From the NCBI GenBank assembly GCA_947478395.1, contig CANJVR010000004.1, positions 96,001 through 160,000 of the forward strand: a DNA stretch of 64,000 nucleotides, read 5' to 3'. The notes beneath the pieces were generated by a model, which saw only the letters and a list, made by a program, of their open reading frames with translations, did no database searches and was not told the origin of the DNA. This DNA is from Opitutia bacterium (GTDB lineage: Bacteria > Verrucomicrobiota > Verrucomicrobiia > Opitutales > Opitutaceae). Numbering within the stretch: position 1 is the stretch's first letter; every line of letters starts with the position of its first letter. Position numbers and translations under genes: made by a program. Below are positions 1 through 10,360 of this stretch, in pieces.

Positions 1-381
1 ATCGCGCGTGCGGCGCAGAACGATCGCCGCTGGAGCGATATGCAGGCCAATGCGCTGGCCAAGGAGCCCTCGCAGGCGGAGGGCGACGTTTACTCCGCGT
101 TCGACCGTTGGGCCGTCGCGAACCGGGTCGAACTTTCCGGCATCCGCTTTCAATGGAAACGCGGCGCGACGGACAAATATTCCCTGCTCGAAGGTCGCAT
201 CGATGCCACGGGCACGATGACTACGCTGAGCCATTTCCTTTATGAACTTGAGCAGTCGGCCCTCGCTCTGCGCGTCGACTCGGTGGAAATTACATCCCGG
301 GACGATAGTGGTCAGAAACTGGGCCTCAGCCTCATCGTCAGCGGCCTCCGCCTCACCCCTTTGGAGCGCAAATTACAATGA
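1..381 (+). CDS. Type II secretion/pilus inner-membrane platform protein (GspM/PilO-like), 5'-truncated
   Basis: Frame open from base 1; C-terminal 'TLSHFLYELEQ..LRVDSVEI..LGLSLIVSGL' resembles the PilO/GspM ferredoxin-like fold; first gene of the secretin operon. Confidence 0.55.
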   Translation: MARAAQNDRRWSDMQANALAKEPSQAEGDVYSAFDRWAVANRVELSGIRFQWKRGATDKYSLLEGRIDATGTMTTLSHFLYELEQSALALRVDSVEITSRDDSGQKLGLSLIVSGLRLTPLERKLQ

Positions 382-1016
382 ACCCACGTTTGATCCTCCT
401 CTCAATTGCGATCCTTGGCGCGCACCGCGTCTCCGCGGTCGACGTCAAGCCGGCTCCCGCCGCCCCGGCGCCTGCGAAAGCGGCGGTCGGCGTGGCCAAG
501 GCTCCGACTGCGTCGTCCGTGGCGCCCACTGGCACCTACGACGCGTTCCGCATCGTCACCGACCGCAATATTTTTAACCCCAACCGCACCGGTCGCCGCG
601 ATCGTAGCGTCGACGAGGTGCCGCCCCGGCTCGATATCATCACGCTCGTTGGCACGATGGATTCCGACAAGGGGCTGCGCGCCTTCTGCGACGGCTCCGA
701 TGCCGCCTACCGCAAAGCGCTGCGCGTGGGCGACTCGGTCGATAAATTTAAGGTGACCAAAATCAGCGCCAATACGGTGGACTTTGAGGCCGACGGAAAG
801 TCGTTTTCCGCCCGCGTCGGTCAGCAATTCCATCGGCCGGAAGGCGCTGATTGGACTTTGGTTGGCGAAGATGTCGCCCGCCTTGAGGCTCAAGCCCGCG
901 CCGCTGCGGCCAACGCTGGCCGGGTCAATCCCAACGCTCCGGTCGCAATCCCGGCCGATGCATCTGACGCCGTTCGGAAAATGATGGAGAGACGCAATCA
1001 AACTTTGAAACCATGA
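378..1016 (+). CDS. Exported hypothetical protein, GspC/PilP-like
   Basis: Signal peptide, 'RNIFNPNR' then 'LVGTM..GDSV..FKVTKI' beta domain; 4-bp overlaps with both neighbours. Confidence 0.5.
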   Translation: MNPRLILLSIAILGAHRVSAVDVKPAPAAPAPAKAAVGVAKAPTASSVAPTGTYDAFRIVTDRNIFNPNRTGRRDRSVDEVPPRLDIITLVGTMDSDKGLRAFCDGSDAAYRKALRVGDSVDKFKVTKISANTVDFEADGKSFSARVGQQFHRPEGADWTLVGEDVARLEAQARAAAANAGRVNPNAPVAIPADASDAVRKMMERRNQTLKP

Positions 1017-2263
1017 AAACCACGCACATCACCCCGGCCGTGTGGCTCGGAATCGCCACGCTTACCTCCAGTGTCTGGGCCCAAGACCCGGTAGCTGCCG
1101 TCAACGCGCCCGCGTCCGACGTCGCTCAAGCTCCCGCCGCACGCGCCGCGGGGACGCTACGCTTTAATTTCCGCGGCGCGCCCTTAGAGGCCGTGCTCAC
1201 CTACATGAGCGAAGCCGCCGGTTACACCATCGTGCTCGACACGCCGGTGCGCGGCACCGTCGACATGTTCAGCGCCCAGCCGATCACTCGCACGGAAGCG
1301 CTTCAACTCCTCAACCTCGCGCTAAATAAAAACGGTTTCACCTCCGTCGTTGAGGGCCGGACGATCGTGATTTCGTCGAAGGAGGACGCGAAAAAGAAGA
1401 ATCTTCCGATTCGCACGAGCAACAATCCCGACGAGATTCCGAACACCGCCGAGATGGTGATTCAAATCATTCCGCTGCGGCACCTCGACGCCACGACGGC
1501 CGCGCGCGATCTGGGTGCGCTGTTACCCGGGACTTCGACGCTCACGGCCAACGCGGATAGTAATTCGCTCATCGTGACGGACACGAACATCAATCTCAAA
1601 CAGGTCGTGAAACTGGTGGATGCGCTCGACACCTCGAGCGACTCCGTTTCGACGATGAAAATTTTTGAGCTCAAGAACGCCGACCCGTATGAAATGGCGC
1701 AGCTCATCACCAATCTCTACAGCACAACCGCGCAGGCTCAGAATGGTGGGCGCGGCGGCCAGGCCGCCGGTGGTTTTGGCGCTGGCGGCTTCGGCGGCGC
1801 GGCCGGTCTCGCCGCAGTCTTTGGTGGCGGGGCCAACGCCGGCGGCGGCGGCGGCCGTGGGGGCGGCGGTGGTGGTGGTGGCGGTGGTGGTGGCGGTCGC
1901 GCGGGTCGTGGTGGCACCACGACCAACCGGACGGTTCCCGTCGTGGCAGTCGCCGATCCGCGCACGATGCGCGTGATCGTCACGGCTTCGAAAGACCAGA
2001 TGCCGGACATCACGGTCATGGTTGCCCAGCTCGATTCGACCACGGGGCGCAAGCAGCAGGCCTTCGTTTACAACATCGAGAACGGAAACGTGAAACAGAT
2101 GGAGACGATGCTGAAGGCACTCTACCCGAGCAGCTCCAATCGGACCACGACCAACAATCAGCCCGACCCGTTGACCTCGCGCGCGACGACAAACGCCAAC
2201 AGCGGCACCACGCAACTCCAACTCGGCACCACGAGCGGCACGGGTACCACGCGGACGAACTAA
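1013..2263 (+). CDS. Secretin N-terminal part (N0, N1, N2 and first half of N3) without secretin core
   Basis: Signal peptide; N0 'FNFRGAPLEAVL'; KH-like N repeats 'IIPLRHLDA..NSLIVTD..LD' and 'IFELKNADP..VIVTA..LD'; Gly-rich insert. Confidence 0.8.
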   Translation: MKTTHITPAVWLGIATLTSSVWAQDPVAAVNAPASDVAQAPAARAAGTLRFNFRGAPLEAVLTYMSEAAGYTIVLDTPVRGTVDMFSAQPITRTEALQLLNLALNKNGFTSVVEGRTIVISSKEDAKKKNLPIRTSNNPDEIPNTAEMVIQIIPLRHLDATTAARDLGALLPGTSTLTANADSNSLIVTDTNINLKQVVKLVDALDTSSDSVSTMKIFELKNADPYEMAQLITNLYSTTAQAQNGGRGGQAAGGFGAGGFGGAAGLAAVFGGGANAGGGGGRGGGGGGGGGGGGGRAGRGGTTTNRTVPVVAVADPRTMRVIVTASKDQMPDITVMVAQLDSTTGRKQQAFVYNIENGNVKQMETMLKALYPSSSNRTTTNNQPDPLTSRATTNANSGTTQLQLGTTSGTGTTRTN

Positions 2264-2286
2264 CCGGCTAGTCTAAATCAAATTCT

Positions 2287-3465
2287 ATGAATTCTAAATT
2301 TTTCCGGTCTCAGGCCCAGTCGGCTGTGCTGACGGCCTTCGTTTTATTCAGTTCCGTTTCCGCTTTCGGCCAAGGCCGGGGCGGTGCCGTCGGCGGCGGT
2401 GGCGGTGGAATTGGCGGCGGCGGCGGTGGTGGCGGCGGTGGTGGCGGTACAAGCTCGAGCACTCGGCAGTACCAAAATTCCACGTTGGTGGGCGACGCCT
2501 CGATATCGAGCGATGTCGACACCCGGCAGATAATCGTGGTCACGGATCCGCTCACCAACGAAAGCATCCGGGCCGTTATCGCGAGCCTCGACAAGCCGCG
2601 GCCCCAAGTGCTGATCAACGTGGTCTTCATGCAGGTCACGCATGACAACAGTTTCGACTTGGGCGCCGAGGCGAAGTACCAGGGACCGATCTCCATCAAG
2701 ACCAATCCGGAGGGCATCGCGCAGACGAAATTCGGCATCGCGAGTGCACTGGCCAACAGCTCGATCACGGGTGCGTTCTACAGTCTCATCGGGCGTGACA
2801 TTCAGTCGACCATTCACGCCTCCGCCGGCGTGAGCAAAACGGAGATTCTCTCCCGTCCCTCCATTCTGACCCGGAGCAATCAACAGGCGACGATCCTCGT
2901 CGGACAAAATGTCCCGTTGCTCAGCACCACGACGCAGAACCTGAATTCGGCGAACAATTCCATCACCAGCACGATCACCTATCAGGACGTGGGTATCATT
3001 CTTCGCGTGACGCCGTTCATCACGCAGGACGGCTTGGTGGAAATGATCGTCGCGCCCGAGATCTCCTCGATCAGTCCCACCACCGTCTCGATTCCGGGTG
3101 CGGGTAACGCCACCGTGATCGATCGCCGCTCGGCCGATACCGTAGTGGTTACGCCCAGCGACCAGACGATTGTGATCGGCGGCTTGATCTCATCCCAGAA
3201 AAACAACGTGGACAATAAAGTGCCGCTATTGGGCGACATCCCGCTCATCGGCAGCCTCTTTAAGCGGAAGACGACGGAAGACGTAAAAACCGAGCTCCTG
3301 ATTTTCCTGACGCCCCACGTCGTCAAAAAGCCGTCCGACCTTGCCGCGTTGACTGACAGTGAGCGCTCGCGCCTCAACATGGCGCCGGTGACGTTCGACA
3401 AGGCCGACATCGGCAAATTTCTTCCCGCTAGCTCGCCCGCCAATAACGCGGGCCCCAAGCCCTGA
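2287..3465 (+). CDS. gspD: Secretin C-terminal part (second half of N3 plus secretin domain), GspD-like
   Basis: 'LDKPRPQVLI', 'YQDVGIILRVTP', 'KVPLLGDIPLIGSLF', 'ELLIFLTPHVV' secretin signatures; own signal peptide. Confidence 0.88.
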   Translation: MNSKFFRSQAQSAVLTAFVLFSSVSAFGQGRGGAVGGGGGGIGGGGGGGGGGGGTSSSTRQYQNSTLVGDASISSDVDTRQIIVVTDPLTNESIRAVIASLDKPRPQVLINVVFMQVTHDNSFDLGAEAKYQGPISIKTNPEGIAQTKFGIASALANSSITGAFYSLIGRDIQSTIHASAGVSKTEILSRPSILTRSNQQATILVGQNVPLLSTTTQNLNSANNSITSTITYQDVGIILRVTPFITQDGLVEMIVAPEISSISPTTVSIPGAGNATVIDRRSADTVVVTPSDQTIVIGGLISSQKNNVDNKVPLLGDIPLIGSLFKRKTTEDVKTELLIFLTPHVVKKPSDLAALTDSERSRLNMAPVTFDKADIGKFLPASSPANNAGPKP

Positions 3466-3521
3466 ACGTAATTGAAGCTTGGAATGGGCGGCGGTTCCGG
3501 GCGAATTGACAGCTGCGCTCC

Positions 3522-4997
3522 ATGGGCTCGCCGAATGCCAAACGCCGTCTGTTTATTTATGTCACCCTGATCGGATGCGGGCTCGGGGTGTGCGCGTGGC
3601 AGTTCGAGGAGCACGCTCGTTTTAAACGCGAGGCGGAAAACGCCCTGATCAACCGCGCCAGCGATATCACCTCGACGCTGGGGGTCGTGGTGCGTTCGCA
3701 GCAACGCTTCAGCCCGATGGTCTCGAAGGACCGTCTGGAGTCGGCGCTGAAACTGCTCGTTTCAGACGAGCTAAAGGCCATCACGATCCTAGCTGCGACC
3801 GGCCAGCCGATTGCGAGCGCGGGCAGCAAAATGGAGCTGCCGGGCGATATTTTGCAGCCACCTGGCGTGCACTGGGAGGATCGCACGCTGACGGTTATGA
3901 ACCCAACTGACCTCGGATCGCCGGCCACCGACGACCTGTCGCGGCCGCGTCCCCCGATTGTGGTGACCGACGAGAGGCTCGGTCGCGAGCGGCTTCCAAG
4001 TCGGCGCTCCCAGCCGGTGTCCACCGAAGTCCCCATGCCCGCAGCGGACGGCGGGCCCGCGCCCGTGACCCCGGCGGAGTCGCGCCCGCTCATGGGCCGG
4101 CCGTACTGGATGATGACCGCGGAGCAGATCCAAAAGCAGGGCGTGCATGCGATCGTCATCTCGCTCTCCACGGAAAAGATGCACCGCACCGTGAATGCCG
4201 ACCTGCTATTGCGTTCCATGGTCAGCCTGCTCGCGATGGGTGGGGCGATGATCTCTTCGCTGGCGTGGCGGAACGTCGGGAAAAATTCCGAGCTTCAAAT
4301 CCGCCTGATCAAGGCGGGCGAGATGAATACACACTTGAAGGAAATGAATCTCGCGGCCGCCGGACTCGCCCACGAGACGCGCAATCCGCTCAACCTGATC
4401 CGTGGCCTGGCACAGATGATTTCGATGGAGGCCAAAGATACCCCAAAGTTGAAGGAGCACGCTTCGATCATCCTCGAGGAAGCTGATCGCGTGACCGTGC
4501 AGCTGAATGAATTCATTAACTACTCGAAACCGCGCAACGTGCAGTTGGCCCCCGTTGATGTGCAGCGTCTGGTCGCGGATTTAGCGCGCACGCTCGTACC
4601 GGACATCGAAGAAAAACAGATCGTTGTGCAGCAACCAGAGTCGGCGCTCATCATCGACGCCGACGAACAGCTGTTGCGGCAGGCGTTGTTCAACGTGTTG
4701 TTGAACGCCATTCAGGCTGTGTCCTTGGGCGGACGCGTGGAGGTGCGCCTAGCCACCGTCGGCTCGCGTGAAGCCATACTTGAAATCCGTGACGACGGCC
4801 CCGGGGTACCGGCGGCTGATCGTGTTTCAATTTTTAAGCCCTACATCACCATGCGGCCCAAAGGGGTCGGGCTGGGCCTCGCCATCGTGGCGCAAATTGC
4901 CGCGGTGCATCACTGGGAAGTCAGTTGCGAAGCGAACGAACCGCGGGGCGCGTGCTTCCGATTCAGCGGACTCAAGCTCGCCGCTGCGCCGACATGA
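3522..4997 (+). CDS. Membrane sensor histidine kinase
   Basis: Two TM segments, H-box 'LAHETRNPL', N-box 'NVLLNAIQA', G-boxes 'DDGPG' and 'GVGLGL'. Confidence 0.93.
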   Translation: MGSPNAKRRLFIYVTLIGCGLGVCAWQFEEHARFKREAENALINRASDITSTLGVVVRSQQRFSPMVSKDRLESALKLLVSDELKAITILAATGQPIASAGSKMELPGDILQPPGVHWEDRTLTVMNPTDLGSPATDDLSRPRPPIVVTDERLGRERLPSRRSQPVSTEVPMPAADGGPAPVTPAESRPLMGRPYWMMTAEQIQKQGVHAIVISLSTEKMHRTVNADLLLRSMVSLLAMGGAMISSLAWRNVGKNSELQIRLIKAGEMNTHLKEMNLAAAGLAHETRNPLNLIRGLAQMISMEAKDTPKLKEHASIILEEADRVTVQLNEFINYSKPRNVQLAPVDVQRLVADLARTLVPDIEEKQIVVQQPESALIIDADEQLLRQALFNVLLNAIQAVSLGGRVEVRLATVGSREAILEIRDDGPGVPAADRVSIFKPYITMRPKGVGLGLAIVAQIAAVHHWEVSCEANEPRGACFRFSGLKLAAAPT

Positions 4998-6376
4998 GCG
5001 CGGCCGCTCCGGATCAGCGGCGCATCCTGATCGTCGACGACGACCGCGCGCAGCGCAGCCTGTTGGAGACATTTCTCCATGCGCAGGGTTATCTCACGCA
5101 GTCGGCGGCCTCCGGCGAGGCGGCGCTCCAGCTTCTTTCAGAGGAGAAATTTGCGATGATGATTTCCGACGTCCGCATGCCGGGCATGTCGGGCTTGGAA
5201 ACGCTGCGTCGCGTGCGTCAAACGCTGCCGGATCTCCCCGTGCTGCTGGTCACCGCGTTTGCCGATATTCGCAGCGCGGTGGCGGCGATGCGGGATGGGG
5301 CCGTGAACTACCTCGCGAAGCCGATCGACCTCGACGAATTGATTCTCTCTGTGCGCAAGGCCACGGGCGGCGGGTCTAAACCTACGCCCACCGCCACGAC
5401 CGAGGCGCCGGTCCCTTCCGGGGTCATTACGAACAGTCTCTTGATGAAGGCGGTGTTTCGCGATGCGGCCGTGGTTGCGCCCTCCGAAAGTCGCGTGCTG
5501 CTCACCGGAGAAAGCGGCGTGGGTAAGGAGGTGGTCGCTGATCTCATCCACGCCTGGAGCCCGCGGGCGGGCGGGCCGTTGATTAAAATAAACTGCGCCG
5601 CGATTCCGGAGAACTTGCTGGAAAGCGAGTTGTTCGGATTTGAAAAAGGGTCGTTCACCGGCGCGATGCAGCAACGGATCGGTCGCTTCGAGGAGGCGAA
5701 TCGCGGCACCATTTTCCTCGATGAAATCGGGGAGATGGCGCTCCCGTTGCAGGCGAAACTGTTGCGGGTTTTGCACGATGGCACGTTCCGGCGCATCGGC
5801 TCGGCGCGGGATATTCACACCGACGCTCGGGTCCTGGCGGCGACCAACCGCGACTTGGAGGTCCAGATCGCCGCCGGCCAGTTTCGCGAAGACCTGTTCT
5901 ACCGACTCAACGTCATGGAAATTCATATCCCGCCTCTGCGGGATAGGCCGGAAGATATTTTGCCGCTGGCGACGTATTTCATCCAATTATTCTCACGGCA
6001 AAAACCGCGTTTCTCCGCGACGGTGACGGCCGCCATGATGCGGTACCGCTGGCCCGGCAATGTGCGTGAACTCCGCAACGCCATGGAGCGTGCAGCGCTC
6101 TTGTCCCGGGGCGAAATTGTTCTCCCGGAGCATCTGCCCACCCGCGTTTTGACTGCGCCGGCTGACGTCACAACGGGCGCTGGCGCCGCTGAACCCGCGG
6201 AGCGTCCCCGCCTCGAGGAAGTGGAGCGCGATGCGATCGTTAAAGCGCTCCGGAAAAATAATTATAACCGCACCGAAACCGCCAAGGAACTGGCGATCAG
6301 CCGCCGTGCTCTGATCTATAAGCTCCTGCGTTTGCGCGAGCAGGGTATCCAAGTCGATCTGTCGGAGGCGCCGTGA
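4994..6376 (+). CDS. Sigma54-dependent response regulator (NtrC family)
   Basis: Receiver 'ILIVDDD..DVRMP', Walker A 'GESGVGKE', 'GSFTGA', 'WPGNVREL', C-terminal Fis HTH; ATGA overlap with kinase. Confidence 0.95.
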   Translation: MSAAAPDQRRILIVDDDRAQRSLLETFLHAQGYLTQSAASGEAALQLLSEEKFAMMISDVRMPGMSGLETLRRVRQTLPDLPVLLVTAFADIRSAVAAMRDGAVNYLAKPIDLDELILSVRKATGGGSKPTPTATTEAPVPSGVITNSLLMKAVFRDAAVVAPSESRVLLTGESGVGKEVVADLIHAWSPRAGGPLIKINCAAIPENLLESELFGFEKGSFTGAMQQRIGRFEEANRGTIFLDEIGEMALPLQAKLLRVLHDGTFRRIGSARDIHTDARVLAATNRDLEVQIAAGQFREDLFYRLNVMEIHIPPLRDRPEDILPLATYFIQLFSRQKPRFSATVTAAMMRYRWPGNVRELRNAMERAALLSRGEIVLPEHLPTRVLTAPADVTTGAGAAEPAERPRLEEVERDAIVKALRKNNYNRTETAKELAISRRALIYKLLRLREQGIQVDLSEAP

Positions 6377-6443
6377 TTCCTCGCGGAGAATCCGATCGGA
6401 ACTCCCCCGAGCGGATATTCGGCGGAGGGCGGCGCGCCTGCGC

Positions 6444-6689
6444 TCAAGGATCAAGGTAGGCGAATCGTGGCGTGGTGGTGCCATCGGCGAGCGTCACGTT
6501 CGCCGTGAACATCGCGTGCGGCCGCACCCAGAAGCCAAACTCGCCGTACAGGGCTTGGTAGTACACGACGACCTCACGCGTTTCCGTGTGCCGGGCGATG
6601 CCCAGAACGCGGTAGCGCTGGCCCTTGTAGTGCCGGTATTGGCCCGGACGCGGCTCCTGGGGCAGGGGATCGAGGGGCGTGTGACTCAT
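6444..6689 (-). CDS. DUF1653 domain protein
   Basis: 'PGQYRHYKG..YRVLGIARHTET..VYYQALYG..WVRP..MF'. Confidence 0.85.
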   Translation of the reverse strand: MSHTPLDPLPQEPRPGQYRHYKGQRYRVLGIARHTETREVVVYYQALYGEFGFWVRPHAMFTANVTLADGTTTPRFAYLDP

Positions 6690-7084
6690 AGGACATCCGG
6701 ACCGACGTGGGTGATCTTCATCTTGGGGGGAATGGTAACAGCAAAAATCGCGTTCCGGCACGGGCCGAATAAAGATCGAGCGACGTCTCCGCAGTGACCA
6801 CCTGCAAATAATCGAGGTTCCCCGCTGGAGTGCTCGGTTCAGCGTCCATGCGATGACGCTGCCTATCGCGGACGCGTAGGGACGTTGGGCCTTTCTGTTT
6901 CGCCGGCCCGCTCGCTCGATCAGCGGCAGGACGGCGTCCGCCGGATTGCCCGCATTGCGAATGAAGCGATCGTGTTCGATCCGGCCCGCCAGAGAGAATC
7001 CGGATAAGAGCAGAGTTCGCACGTCAACCGGAAGGGTGGCGCGGCGTGCGGCATGAGCGGGCAGTCAAGCGGCTCGACCTTCGG

Positions 7085-7831
7085 CTAGGATTTTAGCAGT
7101 TGCTGCGTGAGAAACGCGGTCTGCAGCGCGGAAATTTCCTTCAACCCGGATTGAGAGAGCGCGAGCAAGCTGAGCAGTTGCTCATGGGAAAACGTCGTTT
7201 CCTCACCGCTGCCCTGGACTTCGACGAATTGCCCGCGGCCGGTCATGACGATGTTGGCGTCGACCTCGGCGTCCTTGTCTTCGATGTAATTCAAATCGAG
7301 CAGTGCCTGCCCGCCGAAAATGCCGGCGCTGACCGCGGCGACGGAATCGATCAGCGGATTCTCGGTGAGCTTTTTGGCGTCGAGCAGTTTTTGAACGGCG
7401 AGACGGGCCGCGAGGTACGCGCCGGTGATCGCGGCGGTGCGCGTGCCGCCATCGGCTTGGAGCACGTCGCAGTCGAGCCAGAGCGTATTCTGCCCGAGCT
7501 TCTGGAGATCAATCACGGCGCGGAGGGAGCGGCCGATGAGACGTTGGATCTCGACCGTGCGGCCCTCGATTTTACCGCGGGAAATTTCACGAGATTTTCG
7601 CTCCAACGTGGAGTAGGGCAGCATCGAGTACTCGGCCGTGAGCCAGCCACCCGGTATCCGCTGTTGCTTCATCCACGTCGGCACGCCGGGCTCGATGGAG
7701 GCGGCGCAAATGACGCGGGTCAGCCCAAACGAAACCAGGACGGAACCGGTCGCGTACGGCGCAATGCCGGCTTCGAAAGTGATCGGGCGGAGTTGGTCGG
7801 CTTTGCGGCCGTCGAGACGGGTAGAGGACAT
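7085..7831 (-). CDS. rph: Ribonuclease PH
   Basis: 'GWLTAEYSMLP', 'EIQRLIGRSLRA', 'DCDVLQADGGTRTAAITG'. Confidence 0.97.
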   Translation of the reverse strand: MSSTRLDGRKADQLRPITFEAGIAPYATGSVLVSFGLTRVICAASIEPGVPTWMKQQRIPGGWLTAEYSMLPYSTLERKSREISRGKIEGRTVEIQRLIGRSLRAVIDLQKLGQNTLWLDCDVLQADGGTRTAAITGAYLAARLAVQKLLDAKKLTENPLIDSVAAVSAGIFGGQALLDLNYIEDKDAEVDANIVMTGRGQFVEVQGSGEETTFSHEQLLSLLALSQSGLKEISALQTAFLTQQLLKS

Positions 7832-7900
7832 GAATTGAATAGCGTTTTGGACGTCACCGTTGGACGCAGCGGGCGCAGGGCAACCCCCCGCCGCCGTCCA

Positions 7901-8905
7901 TCAGATACCGGGAGCGCGTTCTTCGCGCTCGATGGGTTTGATCGTGGTGGTAGGCGAAACAGATTGCTTCGACATGAAAGCGATTAGGCGGTCGTTAAAA
8001 TCTTTCGCCGGATCGTGGCCCATTTTTTTCAACGCTTGCGTCAGCGCGGCCACCTCAACGAGTCGGGCGATGTCGCGGCCGGGGCGGACATACAGTTCGA
8101 TGTGTGGTACGCGCATGCCGAGGATCTCGTAGTAGGCCACTTCCAGACCGGTGCGTTCCTCGACGACGTCGGGCGTCCATTCCCGGAGGGAGACGACCAT
8201 GTCGATGCGCTTCTCCAGTCGGATGGATTTGATGCCGAACATTTCGGCGATATTGATGATGCCGATCCCGCGGCACTCCATATAGCCGCGATTGAGCGGG
8301 CGGCTGGAGGCCATCAATTCCCGTTCGTCGAGGAGCTTGATGATCGTGAGATCGTCGGCGACGAGGGAGTGTCCGCGTTCGATCAATGCGAGGGCGCACT
8401 CGCTTTTGCCGATGCCAGAATCGCCGCGCAGCATCACGCCGACGCCTTTCACGTCGAGCGTGGTGGCGTGTTCCGTCCCGCTCGGGGCGAACTCGTTGTC
8501 CACGCAGAGCGTGGCGAGATTGATGAAGTTCATTGTGATCATCGGCGACCGAAAGATCGGGAAATTCATCTCCTCGGCGACGGCGAGCAGTGGATGCGTG
8601 GGATTGAAATTGCGCGTGAGCACCAGGCAGGGCGCGCCGGTCTTCACCATTTTTTGAAATATCCCGATCTGTTCATGCTGGGCGCGGGTTTTCAGATAAT
8701 TCATCTCGGCGGCGCCGAGCACCTGAATGCGCTTGTTCGCGAAGTATTTGAAAAACCCCGTGAGCGCGAGGGCGGGACGGTTGATGCTGCCTTCCCTGAT
8801 CAGGCGGTGCAGACCGGCTTCGCCGGTGACGAGCTCCATCTTCAATTTCTCGCGGTACGTCTCGTAGAAATGAGCGACCGTGATGCCGTGGATGGCTTTT
8901 TGCAT
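7901..8905 (-). CDS. hprK: HPr kinase/phosphorylase
   Basis: 'GDSGIGKSECAL.LI.RGH.LVADD', 'MECRGIGIINI', 'VRPGR'. Confidence 0.96.
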   Translation of the reverse strand: MQKAIHGITVAHFYETYREKLKMELVTGEAGLHRLIREGSINRPALALTGFFKYFANKRIQVLGAAEMNYLKTRAQHEQIGIFQKMVKTGAPCLVLTRNFNPTHPLLAVAEEMNFPIFRSPMITMNFINLATLCVDNEFAPSGTEHATTLDVKGVGVMLRGDSGIGKSECALALIERGHSLVADDLTIIKLLDERELMASSRPLNRGYMECRGIGIINIAEMFGIKSIRLEKRIDMVVSLREWTPDVVEERTGLEVAYYEILGMRVPHIELYVRPGRDIARLVEVAALTQALKKMGHDPAKDFNDRLIAFMSKQSVSPTTTIKPIEREERAPGI

Positions 8906-8996
8906 GGGATGAGGGGACGGAAAAGGGGCGATTAAAAAGACCGTGAAGGCGTGAAAGTTTCGTCGTTCGAATGCTCGCGACCCGCTGTTTTCCTGC

Positions 8997-9737
8997 TCAG
9001 AGATTGAAATCTTCGCCGAGGTAGAACTTGCGGGCCTGTTCGTTGCGGATCAGTTCGGCGCTCGTGCCCTCGAACAGTACCTTGCCTTTCTCGAGGAGGT
9101 AGGCGCGGTCGACGATGCGGAGGGTTTCACGGACGTTGTGATCGGTGATGATCACGCCGATGCCTCGGGCCTTCAGTTGCAGGATAATTTTCTGCACCTC
9201 CGCGACCGAAATCGGATCGATCGCGGCGAACGGCTCGTCCATGAGCAAAAATTTCGGCCGGGTGACGAGGGCGCGGGCGATCTCGAGCCGCCGGCGTTCG
9301 CCGCCGGAAAGGGTGAAGGCTTTTTGCTTCGCGAGGTGCGAGAGGGAAAGCTCAGCGAGATGGTCGGCCACGCGCGCCGCGCGCTCGCGTCGGGGGACGC
9401 CCGCGACCTCGACGATGGCGAGGATGTTTTCCTCGACCGTGAGCTTGCGGAAAACCGACGCTTCCTGCGGCAGATAACCGATCCCGTGCCGCGCGCGTTC
9501 ATGCATGCGGAGCCGGGTCAGGTCGCGGCCATCGAGCAAAACGCGCCCGGCGGTGGCGGGAACGAGTCCCACCACCAGGTAGAAAGCGGTGGTCTTGCCC
9601 GCGCCGTTGCGGCCGAGGAGACCGACAATCTCGCCGGCTCCGATGCGCAGGCTGACGCCGTCGACCACGGTGCGGGCGCCATAGGTTTTGACTAAACCTT
9701 CGGCGATGATTTCGGAAACTGCGGTGACGGTGGACAA
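8997..9737 (-). CDS. lptB: LPS export ABC transporter ATPase
   Basis: 'GLLGRNGAGKTT', 'YLPQEASVFRKL', 'LSGGERRRLEIARAL', 'ITDHNVRETL'. Confidence 0.96.
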   Translation of the reverse strand: MSTVTAVSEIIAEGLVKTYGARTVVDGVSLRIGAGEIVGLLGRNGAGKTTAFYLVVGLVPATAGRVLLDGRDLTRLRMHERARHGIGYLPQEASVFRKLTVEENILAIVEVAGVPRRERAARVADHLAELSLSHLAKQKAFTLSGGERRRLEIARALVTRPKFLLMDEPFAAIDPISVAEVQKIILQLKARGIGVIITDHNVRETLRIVDRAYLLEKGKVLFEGTSAELIRNEQARKFYLGEDFNL

Positions 9738-9757
9738 GGGGAAAACGGAAAACAGAT

Positions 9758-10360
9758 TTACGGGAGCCGCGGCGGCGAGGGTTTTTCCGCGGGCTTATCC
9801 TTGGCGAATCCCATATCCTTGATCGTGGGCAGAACGAAACGGCCCGTCACGCCAACCGCGGCGCCATCCTCCGCCTCGATGAGGGCGCGGCGCTCTCCAC
9901 GGTACAGCACAAGCCGCGGACCGCTCGCGACGTATTGATCGTCGATGCTGCGCACGGTTGGGAAGGGCTCGTCCTTGGATTTCGTGAGGCGGCTCAGGAC
10001 TACGCGGTCCTCGCCTGGAAAAATTTCTGCGTGGCCGCAGGAGGCTTCCCGGTCGCCTTGGACGATCTTGACGTGGCCCGTGGCGACGAGCGATTTGAAA
10101 TAGCCGAATTTGCCGATGGTGGCCTTGGGATCGCCCTTACGCGAGGCGACGACCTGTAAGTAGTCGCAGGTCACTTTGATGTTATTGCCGGTCACCACCA
10201 CTTTGTCGCGAAAGGTTGCGATCGTCTCGGTGTCAGTGCTGACCATTTCGGCGGGCCCGGCGAATTCGATGACGGTCGGGGGCAAAGCTTCTTGCGCTCG
10301 AAGACCGCAAACGGCCGCGGCGCCGAAGATGCAGGTGAACAAAAAAGAACGGAATGTCAT
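9758..10360 (-). CDS. lptA: LptA/OstA family LPS transport protein
   Basis: Signal peptide, beta-jellyroll pattern 'ATGHVKIVQG', position upstream of lptB. Confidence 0.75.
   Translation of the reverse strand: MTFRSFLFTCIFGAAAVCGLRAQEALPPTVIEFAGPAEMVSTDTETIATFRDKVVVTGNNIKVTCDYLQVVASRKGDPKATIGKFGYFKSLVATGHVKIVQGDREASCGHAEIFPGEDRVVLSRLTKSKDEPFPTVRSIDDQYVASGPRLVLYRGERRALIEAEDGAAVGVTGRFVLPTIKDMGFAKDKPAEKPSPPRLP

Noticed and set aside
1840..2450. GGC/GGT microsatellites as contingency repeats
   Set aside because: In-frame mixed-codon Gly linkers of the secretin genes
6700..7080. Extra gene or RNA between DUF1653 and rph
   Set aside because: No convincing ORF or structure that I can support
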